A DNA stretch of 64,000 nucleotides from Candidatus Omnitrophota bacterium. GTDB taxonomy: Bacteria > Omnitrophota > Gorgyraeia > Zapsychrales > JAHFFX01. The DNA is taken from positions 14,424 to 78,423 of the forward strand of contig JAHFFW010000009.1 in the NCBI GenBank assembly GCA_023247725.1, in the 5' to 3' direction. The position numbers and the translations under genes are program-made. Under the pieces are notes generated by a model. That model was given only the letters and a program-made list of their open reading frames with translations, had not been told where the DNA came from and did no database searches. This document shows positions 1-7,552 of the stretch, one piece after another; the first letter of the stretch is position 1, and every line of letters begins with the position of its first letter.

Positions 1-148
1 AAAATCTGGGTTTCTTTATTATAAGAGAGCTCGATTTTCGAAGGGGGATGGGCAAAGGCAGGACTTCTTCCCAGAAGCAAAAAAACAATGGTCAATGAAC
101 TAAAAAATATTTTCCAATTCATCCTCAACATCCTTGGGTTCCTGAAAA

Positions 149-2389
149 TTACTGCGGCCGCTTTTCCAGCGTTTCCAGTTCTTTGAGATACTGATGCGTG
201 TTTCTATAATCGCTCTTTATGTCTTCGACTGCAAGAAATTTTTCTTTGGCCGCGGAATATTTTTTGTCCAAGTACAAGACCATGCCTTCTCGGTACATTT
301 TTTCGACGAGTTTTTCGCGTGGGTCATGGGTGGTCGGTGCGGAATTGGGCTCGGACAGGGACGGGGTTTCTTGTTTACTCTGCGGTGAGGATTGCCCACG
401 AGGCAGGGAAGGCTCACGGTTTGTCTCTGGCATCGGCACGGCTGATTCTTCAGATACAGAAGCGGCCGGCTGGGATTTTTTTTCAGCGGCCTTGAGCGCT
501 TGTTCCAAAGTTTGAGAACGCCCTTCCGATTGTTCGGCTTTTTGTTTGCGCCGGGCTTCCTTTTCGGCCATGGCCTTTTGTTTTTGTTCCGCTTTTTTTG
601 CCAAGGCCTGGCGCTTCCTTTGTTTTTCTTTTAAGCCTTTCTCTTTTTGAGCTTGCCTTTCTCTCTGGATGTTTTCTTGCTGAGACTGTCGTTGTGTTTG
701 AGCTTTTTGCCGTAATTCCTCTTCGTGGGCCTTTTTTCGGGCTTCGGCTTTTTCAGCCTGCGCTTTTTGTTTTGACGCCTCTTTCTCGGCTTTGGCTTTT
801 TGCTCAAGTTCGGCCTTTTCAGCCTGCGCTTTCTTTTGGGTTTCGGTCCTTTCGGCCAAAATATGCTCACGCTCTTCTTCTTTTTGCGCCTGTATCTTTT
901 GCCGATTTTCCTCTTGTTGAGCCAAGGTCTTTTGGCGTATTGCTTCTTTTTCCTTCAAAGCCCGCCGGAGAGCTTCTTCTTTTTCGGCCTTAACCTTCTG
1001 CCGTCGTTCTTCTTCCTGGGCGAGGGTCTTCTGGTGAAGCTGTTCTTTCTCAACCAAGGCCTCTTGTCGAATCTTTTCTTTTTTGGCTAATTCTTTTTTC
1101 CGCTGTTCATCTTTCTGAGTTCGGATCTTTTCCTGTCCGGCCATTTGTATCTGACGCAATTTTTCTTTCTCTTGACGGACCTGTTCGCGTTCTTTTTGTT
1201 GATGAGCCAGGAAGCGCGCGCGTTCTTTTTGCCGAGCGGCTTCTGCCTCTTCTTTAAACCGTTTATCTTCTAGTAATTTTTTCTGGCGTTCTGCTTTTTC
1301 CTTTTGCAAGGCCAGGCGCTGTTGTTCGGCTTCCTTGAGTGCAGGGCGTTTCTCCTTGCGCCTGGCTGTCTCTTCGACAAAAAGATTGGGCTGCTTGGCT
1401 CGAATCAGTCCCAGATAGCGCTGCGTCAATTTGTAATCGGGATCATCGGCGCTGACCTGTGCAAATTTCTGTTTGGCTTCGCTATATTTTTCGTGATTAA
1501 AAAGATAAATGGCATAAGCGTATTTGTCTTCCATTTCGTTGCGAATAATCTTTTTGGGAGGAACATCGAATTTCACCTGATCCAATTCTTTAAAAAGATC
1601 AGGCTGTCCCTCCTTCGGTTGCGAGGCGACCGTCGCGGGAGCAGGCTTATCCAATTCCTTGGCAATCCTCTTTAAGTAATCCTCGGTTTTCTGATAGCCC
1701 GGTTGCAATCGTTCAATATCCTCAAAAAGGGCCTGGGCTTTTTTCCAATCCTTCTCTAAAAAAAGGTCCACGGCCGCAGTGTAAAGCTTTTCTAAACCCG
1801 AAGAATAATTTTCCTGCAAATTTTCCCGTTCAGCGGCCAATTCTTGTTTGCGGGCATTGATATCGGCGAGCACAAGTTCTTCGGCTTCGGGTTTTCCCTC
1901 CTCAACCGCAGAATCTGGTTCTGGAGATGTCACGAAAGTCGGATTATCAACGGCCCGTCCTTCCGGAGGAACATTTTGCCCGGTCGTTTGCTTTTCTTCG
2001 CGAACCTGTTTGAGGAATTCCTGCGTGCGATGGTCTGCTTCGGTGGATACGGACTGGGGGGGCTGTTTTTCTTCACTGAATTTCTGCTCGATCCGGGCGA
2101 GGTATTTCCTGGTGGACTTGTATTCCGGAAGCATTTGGTCGGCCTGCAAAAATTTTTCTTTGGCCTCGGCTAAACGATTGGTTTTATAAAGGCTGACCGC
2201 TTCTTGATAAATAGCCTGAACCTCGCGAACCGTATCTTGATTCTGGCCTTTACCCGAAGCAAGGCTATCGGCCACATAGGACCAACTGAGCGGCGCAATG
2301 AACACACTCATGGTCAGAAAAATAACAGTGCTCATCATCTTCCTAAAACTGCTGCGTCGATGGAAAGGCATAAACGGCTCCGAGATCAT
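149..2389 (-). CDS. Secreted K/E/Q-rich coiled-coil protein with about four TPR-like modules (hypothetical)
   Basis: 746-aa ORF. A signal-peptide-like stretch begins at Met18 (MMSTVIFLTMSVFIAPLSWSYVA). Repeated Y..A..LY....Y.EA...F modules resemble TPR. A long KEK/RQK low-complexity coiled-coil core follows. The start could be 2338. Confidence 0.5.
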   Translation of the reverse strand: MISEPFMPFHRRSSFRKMMSTVIFLTMSVFIAPLSWSYVADSLASGKGQNQDTVREVQAIYQEAVSLYKTNRLAEAKEKFLQADQMLPEYKSTRKYLARIEQKFSEEKQPPQSVSTEADHRTQEFLKQVREEKQTTGQNVPPEGRAVDNPTFVTSPEPDSAVEEGKPEAEELVLADINARKQELAAERENLQENYSSGLEKLYTAAVDLFLEKDWKKAQALFEDIERLQPGYQKTEDYLKRIAKELDKPAPATVASQPKEGQPDLFKELDQVKFDVPPKKIIRNEMEDKYAYAIYLFNHEKYSEAKQKFAQVSADDPDYKLTQRYLGLIRAKQPNLFVEETARRKEKRPALKEAEQQRLALQKEKAERQKKLLEDKRFKEEAEAARQKERARFLAHQQKEREQVRQEKEKLRQIQMAGQEKIRTQKDEQRKKELAKKEKIRQEALVEKEQLHQKTLAQEEERRQKVKAEKEEALRRALKEKEAIRQKTLAQQEENRQKIQAQKEEEREHILAERTETQKKAQAEKAELEQKAKAEKEASKQKAQAEKAEARKKAHEEELRQKAQTQRQSQQENIQRERQAQKEKGLKEKQRKRQALAKKAEQKQKAMAEKEARRKQKAEQSEGRSQTLEQALKAAEKKSQPAASVSEESAVPMPETNREPSLPRGQSSPQSKQETPSLSEPNSAPTTHDPREKLVEKMYREGMVLYLDKKYSAAKEKFLAVEDIKSDYRNTHQYLKELETLEKRPQ

Positions 2390-2491
2390 GAAATGGTTTA
2401 AAGAAAGGAGTTTGACTTTTACTTTAAGACTTTGATCGTAACGACATTACCACAAGTATGCCATAACTAACACTTAACACACAATTTTTCT

Positions 2492-3787
2492 TTAAGGATG
2501 TGTGCCTTTGCGGAAACACGCATTCTGAACGCAAATAGGATTTATATGAAAAAGGTAACGATTTTTCGCAATCCAGGCATACACCCAAGGCCCCATCAGG
2601 CCTGTTCCCGGAAAATAAAAAAGGATGATGCAAGGGTAAAGCATGGGCAACAGCAGGGACAATCGGCGGAAGGCAAAAAATCCGCCCGAAAGCCGGCCGT
2701 CGGGTTCAATCAAATACAGCTGACTCGCAGCCTTCGCATGATTCAAATCGGGATGAAGCAAGGTCAAATCTTCCATCGTATGGAAGTCCCTCATCTGTAA
2801 ACGCCCCCAAAGATCCATGATTTCGAGATGCCGGACACTCAGACGGCAAAAATTGCATTGGCCATCAAAAACGACAATGGAGCGTTTGGCCTGGAGGTTC
2901 AATTTCCTTCTGACTTCGATCCTTTCAAGAATTTTTTCCGGATTAATGAATAACAACATCTGCGGAGGAAACAGGAAAAAGAAAATGGCCGGCACATCTA
3001 ACGTCAGCAACAACATCAAATGAAAAATAAATCCCCAGATGATCCCGGAACGCCGAGTCGCCGGAAAAAACAGCAAAAATGGCAGGAGGAATTCCGTGGA
3101 GAAAATAAAAATTCCCGTCCAGTAGCAGAGGGCTGGATGAACCGCCAGAAAATCCCGCAAAAGAAAGTTTTTGGTCGATCCTTCGTCAGGATAAAGCATC
3201 AAATAATAAAGCGGGTTATCTTTGATCCAATTGCCTTCCGGATAAATTTTGTATAAGGCCGTAAAGAAAAACGTCGCGGCCAGCTGAATCTGCAGTAACC
3301 GCTGGATAAAATAGGGTCGAGGAGCCTTATAGGCATTGGGATCACGCCTTCTTAAGGCATCGACGGAGAAATAATCTCCCGGATAAGGCGTCAGGCACAC
3401 CAGAAAGAGCGTCACCAAAAGCAGATCCCAGGCCAAAGACGAGCCAATATAAAAATCATTGAGGGCATAAAAATAAAGTAAGGATCCAAATAATATCCAG
3501 CCGCTTGGCTGGGTGTAGCACCCGAGCAAAAAAAGCAACCAGCTGCAAAAAAGCACGGCCAACATCAAGATGATCAACCAGTCCGGACTTTGATCCACGA
3601 GATTGAGAAAATCCACCGGGAAAAAATTGGCATTGTACGTTTTAAAAGCCCCGTGGAGATAATGTTCGCGAAAATGAAAAAAGGATGGACAGACATGCAA
3701 AAAGGTTGCGACCGCCACGGCAATCCGAAATAAGGATAGGCTCAGTGTCGGGCGTTCCACTAAAAATAGCCGGTGCCAAAGATTCAT
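2492..3787 (-). CDS. HTTM-domain (vitamin K-dependent gamma-carboxylase-like) membrane protein fused to a C-terminal DCC-family (DUF393) thiol-disulfide oxidoreductase domain
   Basis: The N-terminal half is polytopic membrane protein typical of HTTM. The C-terminus carries VVFDGQCNFCRLSV, which is the FDGxCxxC DCC motif. The start was moved to Met13 (MNLWHRL), which gives an ATGA overlap with the upstream gene. The track ORF extends to 3823. Confidence 0.6.
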   Translation of the reverse strand: MNLWHRLFLVERPTLSLSLFRIAVAVATFLHVCPSFFHFREHYLHGAFKTYNANFFPVDFLNLVDQSPDWLIILMLAVLFCSWLLFLLGCYTQPSGWILFGSLLYFYALNDFYIGSSLAWDLLLVTLFLVCLTPYPGDYFSVDALRRRDPNAYKAPRPYFIQRLLQIQLAATFFFTALYKIYPEGNWIKDNPLYYLMLYPDEGSTKNFLLRDFLAVHPALCYWTGIFIFSTEFLLPFLLFFPATRRSGIIWGFIFHLMLLLTLDVPAIFFFLFPPQMLLFINPEKILERIEVRRKLNLQAKRSIVVFDGQCNFCRLSVRHLEIMDLWGRLQMRDFHTMEDLTLLHPDLNHAKAASQLYLIEPDGRLSGGFFAFRRLSLLLPMLYPCIILFYFPGTGLMGPWVYAWIAKNRYLFHINPICVQNACFRKGTHP

Positions 3788-4416
3788 GGAGTCAGGCTTT
3801 CTTTGGGGAAGATTTGCCGGCAACGAAAAATTCCGGCCTCTTCATAAATATGGGGTTGGCGCGAAAGCGATCGGTATCGCCGCAAGGCAACGACAAAATC
3901 ATCAAATTCTGGAAAGCGCCGATCCATCATTCGGCAAAAACTGGGGGCGGTCTCGCGATCGGCAATGGCGCTCAAGACTCCCCGATGGGTATTATCGTAA
4001 AATAAGGTTCGGTTCTGGATGATCTTGTGGGGATTTAATTCATAGAGCTTCAAATCCTTGACCCCATAAACGACAAAGTGGGCAAAGGTGTCATCCAGGT
4101 GCAGAAACATGATAGGCCCGGCCGGCGGGAAAAGGAATTGATTGACCGGCAAATGCGCCGCGGCCCGGGGGAAATGACGCTGGATGAATGGCCGAAGCAG
4201 CATGAGCCGGGTGTTATTATAAAAATAAACGATCAGCCAGATGAGGACGAAGAGGGTGATGAAGCGGTCACGGACAGCCCGGTTGCGGGCAAGATTGACG
4301 ACAACAATGGGGGGAATGGTGAGGGTATAAACCCAGTAAACTGGCAATTTGAAAATCAAAAAAAACCAGCCGAAGAAAAATATGACCCCACCGACATATC
4401 GGGATATAGCACTCAT
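3784..4416 (-). CDS. Hypothetical membrane protein (about 3 N-terminal TM helices plus a soluble domain)
   Basis: 210-aa ORF translationally coupled on both sides by ATGA overlaps at 4413-4416 and 3784-3787. No recognisable family. Confidence 0.45.
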   Translation of the reverse strand: MSAISRYVGGVIFFFGWFFLIFKLPVYWVYTLTIPPIVVVNLARNRAVRDRFITLFVLIWLIVYFYNNTRLMLLRPFIQRHFPRAAAHLPVNQFLFPPAGPIMFLHLDDTFAHFVVYGVKDLKLYELNPHKIIQNRTLFYDNTHRGVLSAIADRETAPSFCRMMDRRFPEFDDFVVALRRYRSLSRQPHIYEEAGIFRCRQIFPKESLTP

Positions 4417-5894
4417 TGATTTTCATCATGCTCCCCAAAAACTTCGGCGGTAAAAATTTCCATGATCGTATTGGGATCCATCCAGGCCTTCGGGGGCAGA
4501 CCGGCTTTTTGCGCACATAAGACCGATAAAAAAGTGGCCTTGTCCCAGCCGGTTTCGGTTGCCACCTGCGGCAAAAATAATCCCTGATGCATCGAGCCCT
4601 GGCTGACAATCACGCCGTGTTTGCCCAATTCAATTTCATCAATCGAATGAATCCGATGCGGAACCGATAAAACCGAGACCTCCACATCGATATCGCTCAG
4701 TTCTTCCTGCTTTAACGGATCAAACCGGGGATCGCGGGTCGCTGCCGAAACCGCCATATCGCGGACCGTCAGATACAAAGGTTCCCTCCCTATCACTTGA
4801 CCGATGCAGCCGCGCAATTCTCCCTTTTTTCTAATCGTCACAAAGGCACCCTGGGTTTTCAATAAAGCATCCTCTTTGGTCTGGAACTCGGGAATTTTCT
4901 GGGAACGGACAAAGGATTCAATTGTCTCGCGGGCGATTTTCAATAACTCCTTCTTTTGTTCAGGGGTCAAGGCGCCGGCCGCCTTTTGATTATTTTCTGC
5001 GGCCGGCGTCGTGGACGGATGGAATATAACAGAACAATATCCGACGACGCGAAATTTATCTCCGGATGTATCGCCAGAATTGCCATATCGCAAAACTTCT
5101 GCTGTCCAATGTCGCCGTTCGGCTAGCGCAAGGGCGGTCGCGACACCCATAAATCCACACATCTCCATTGTCCCGGAGATGTTTCCATTCCAGAATTCTT
5201 CCACGTCTCCCTTTTCAATGGCCTTGAGTGTGCCGGCATCCATGGCGCGAGCCACCGAATCCGGATGGTAATGCGACATATCGGTGGAAATAACCATCAA
5301 GACATCCTTGCGCTCGCCAATGAGTTTATCGAGGGCCAGCGCCAACTCCTCGATCACCTCAGGATTCGGTTGTCCCATCAGAATCGGAACCAATTTAAAA
5401 TCTTTAAAGGTCTGCTGCAGAAAGGGCAATTCCACCTCGAGGGCATGCTCGCGTTCATAAACCTCCGGCTGAAAATGAAAGTTGGGGCTCTCCGCCAGAA
5501 GCCTTTGGGTGAATTCATCGTCGACTGGAACAATCCCCAGCGGGGTTTTGAATCCCCCCTCTTTCCAGACGGAGATCCCGGAAAACGGGAAAAAGTGGCT
5601 AGGCGCAATGACGATGATGGTGGAATACTGGCCAGCGCTCACCGCGCGAAAACTGTAGGCCGCGACCGGCCCGGAATACGGATAACCCGCATGCGGGGCA
5701 ATGACCATCGGTAAAGGCTGTTCCAAAGGCTTTTGACCGGATTGGTCAAAAAATGTTTGGATTTGCTTCACCAGTTCCTTCGGATTATCGTTGTAAAATT
5801 GGCCACTCACGTTTGGTTCTTTGATGAGCGGTTCAGCGTGCGAATAAGAACATGTCCCCATCATCATGGCCCCAACTAAGCAAAGGATTTTCAT
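4413..5894 (-). CDS. Memo-like (AmmeMemoRadiSam system protein B) - AMMECR1 (protein A) fusion with an N-terminal signal peptide
   Basis: Memo motifs VIAPHAGYPYSG and ISTDMSHY are in the N-terminal half. AMMECR1 motifs GAFVTIRKKGELRGCIGQ, RDPRFDP and GKHGVIVSQG..GLFLPQV are in the C-terminal half. The N-terminus MKILCLVGAMMMGTCSYSHA looks like a cleavable signal peptide. Confidence 0.7.
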   Translation of the reverse strand: MKILCLVGAMMMGTCSYSHAEPLIKEPNVSGQFYNDNPKELVKQIQTFFDQSGQKPLEQPLPMVIAPHAGYPYSGPVAAYSFRAVSAGQYSTIIVIAPSHFFPFSGISVWKEGGFKTPLGIVPVDDEFTQRLLAESPNFHFQPEVYEREHALEVELPFLQQTFKDFKLVPILMGQPNPEVIEELALALDKLIGERKDVLMVISTDMSHYHPDSVARAMDAGTLKAIEKGDVEEFWNGNISGTMEMCGFMGVATALALAERRHWTAEVLRYGNSGDTSGDKFRVVGYCSVIFHPSTTPAAENNQKAAGALTPEQKKELLKIARETIESFVRSQKIPEFQTKEDALLKTQGAFVTIRKKGELRGCIGQVIGREPLYLTVRDMAVSAATRDPRFDPLKQEELSDIDVEVSVLSVPHRIHSIDEIELGKHGVIVSQGSMHQGLFLPQVATETGWDKATFLSVLCAQKAGLPPKAWMDPNTIMEIFTAEVFGEHDENQ

Positions 5895-6334
5895 AAGGGT
5901 TGATTGGTTTTTGAAAAATAACGGTCAAGACTAAAAAAGGCCGTCCGCTCAATGCGAATCCGAAGATAAGCGGTGATTGTCCAGAGAATGATGTCCATGA
6001 GGAATGTCACCGGTAGAGGAAAAGACCAGCGGGAACCAAAACATCCGCACTCTTCTAAAGGCAGGCGGCGAATCAATGCCTGTCCGACGATCAAAAGAAA
6101 ACCCAAAATCATGATCAAGACCCCGCGCAGGGTCCATTCCAGCCACAAACCCAGGATGAGAAACACCCCTAAAATCAGTTCGATCCAAGGCATGACCCGG
6201 GCGGCCGACTCCTCCGCAAATGGCGGCAGGATCTGATAATTTTGAATCACATACAAAAAATTCTGATAAGGGAAAAGCAGTTTTTCCCCGCCGGAAGCGA
6301 CAAATAACAAACCCAGCAGGATTCTTAGGATCAC
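5891..6334 (-). CDS. MauE/DoxX-like 4-TM membrane protein with a CGCFG motif
   Basis: 147-aa hydrophobic ORF. It has the conserved EECGCFG motif seen in the MauE (methylamine utilisation) and DoxX-type thiol-redox membrane protein families. ATGA overlap with the downstream gene. Confidence 0.45.
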   Translation of the reverse strand: MILRILLGLLFVASGGEKLLFPYQNFLYVIQNYQILPPFAEESAARVMPWIELILGVFLILGLWLEWTLRGVLIMILGFLLIVGQALIRRLPLEECGCFGSRWSFPLPVTFLMDIILWTITAYLRIRIERTAFFSLDRYFSKTNQPL

Positions 6335-6996
6335 TAAGGCATTGATGGCAATTCTCCCAGACGCGTTTTCAATTCCGATTCCAATGATTTGATCCCGACA
6401 AACATTTGATCGTTAATAAAATAAGTCGGGGTGGACTGAATCCCTAAGGCCACGCCATTCTCTTTTTCGCGAAGAATCACCGATTTGACCTCATCATTGG
6501 TCAGGCATACCTCTAATTTCAGTTTATCCAGCCCGACGGCGGTGCCGATTTCCTGAAAGATGGGATCGGCATTGATGAGCCCCTTCCAATCATTCTGCCG
6601 GGCAATCAGAAGATCATGAAAAGGCCAGAATTTTCCCTGACGGGCGGCGCATTCTGCGTAACGGGCACAAAGCTGGGCGTGTTGATGCCCGTCCAATGGG
6701 AAATATTTCATTTGCAGATAAAGTTTTTTGGGGTAGGCCGCGTAATATTGATTGAGCATGGCGACCCCGCGGGCGCAGGCAGGGCATTGAAAATCGATGT
6801 ACTCGACGATTTTGACCGGGGCATTGGGATCGCCTTTGGTGCGCATCCGACTGACATCTTTGGGTCCTTGGCTTAAATATCCTTTTAAAAGATTGATGAT
6901 GACGATGAGGAGAATGCATAAAATAACGATCAAAACAGTGGTATTTTGTTTCTTTTGAATCGCATTCTTGGCTGGTGGGTTGGAAGCCTTCGGCAT
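6334..6996 (-). CDS. DsbA-like thioredoxin-fold thiol:disulfide oxidoreductase, membrane-anchored
   Basis: N-terminal TM anchor (TTVLIVILCILLIVIINLL). CPAC active site in YIDFQCPACARG. DsbA-like length of 220 aa. First gene of the coupled operon. Confidence 0.65.
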   Translation of the reverse strand: MPKASNPPAKNAIQKKQNTTVLIVILCILLIVIINLLKGYLSQGPKDVSRMRTKGDPNAPVKIVEYIDFQCPACARGVAMLNQYYAAYPKKLYLQMKYFPLDGHQHAQLCARYAECAARQGKFWPFHDLLIARQNDWKGLINADPIFQEIGTAVGLDKLKLEVCLTNDEVKSVILREKENGVALGIQSTPTYFINDQMFVGIKSLESELKTRLGELPSMP

Positions 6997-7039
6997 AAAA
7001 AAAGTCTCCCGCGGTGGGAAAACTAAAATCTCATAAGAT

Positions 7040-7110
7040 TTTTTAAGCGATTCTTGCTGATCGTGGAAGGCATTCTAGCACAAAAGAAAGGGGGAGTAAA
7101 ACGATTGATC
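7040..7110 (-). promoter_or_regulatory. Putative sigma70-type promoter of the dsbA-like operon
   Basis: On the minus strand there is a TTTACT, a 17-nt spacer, TGcTAGAAT (-10 at about 7077-7072), and about 70 nt of 5' UTR before the ATG at 6996. Confidence 0.25.
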
Positions 7111-7138
7111 AATGAAACATGCTGCGAATCAAAGCAGA

Positions 7139-7176
7139 GCGCCCCGCCCCACAGAAATTTTGCGGGGCGGGGCGCT
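7139..7176 (-). terminator. GC-rich hairpin, probable terminator downstream of the small Met-rich ORF
   Basis: Perfect inverted repeat agcgccccgcccc / ggggcggggcgct with a 12-nt loop. It lies about 35 nt after the stop at 7211. The flanking U-tract is only modest. Confidence 0.4.
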
Positions 7177-7210
7177 TCTCGTGAACTCCTTCAAAATCTT
7201 CGTGGCAATA

Positions 7211-7387
7211 TTAGCGACGATACATATTCATCTTCATCATGGTGTTACCCATCATGCCGCCTTCTTCATTCATCATATTGCCCATTTCTTCATTATTCAT
7301 GTCCCAATCCATATGGGAGGCATGCGAGATGCCTAAGAAACAAAATCCAATAAGCACGGCTGCCGCTAGCGTTAATCCATATTTCAT
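7211..7387 (-). CDS. Unannotated small secreted Met/Asn/Glu-rich peptide (58 aa)
   Basis: Hand translation gives MKYGLTLAAAVLIGFCFLGISHASHMDWDMNNEEMGNMMNEEGGMMGNTMMKMNMYRR*. AGGAGA lies 7 nt upstream of the ATG. A signal peptide and probable ...SHA cleavage site are present. The mature part has 11 Met in about 35 residues. A His-rich plus-strand ORF in the track is its antisense shadow. Confidence 0.5.
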   Translation of the reverse strand: MKYGLTLAAAVLIGFCFLGISHASHMDWDMNNEEMGNMMNEEGGMMGNTMMKMNMYRR

Positions 7388-7552
7388 TAGTTCTTCTCCT
7401 TTAAGTTAACAATAAAAAATAAGCGCGAATAAATCCAAAAATTTTTATCCTTTAGCTCTCACCTCCCCGGCCTCCTTCTCCCTTTAGGCATAAGACAAAC
7501 ACATTGTTGAAGTTTAAAGGCGTTTAAAAAGAAAATCAAGGGAAAACTTTCT

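Noticed and set aside
194-2189. Numerous plus-strand ORFs (for example 598-993, 800-1090, 1304-1675, 1844-2189) inside the 746-aa gene
   Set aside because: They are low-complexity Phe/Leu-rich translations of the reverse strand of a Lys/Glu-rich repeat gene, which is a typical artefact.
7054-7353. Plus-strand His-rich ORFs (99 aa and 74 aa, HHGVTHHAAFFIHHIAHFF...)
   Set aside because: They are the antisense shadow of the minus-strand Met-rich peptide gene (CAT versus ATG codons). They have no SD, and the minus-strand ORF has a signal peptide and RBS.
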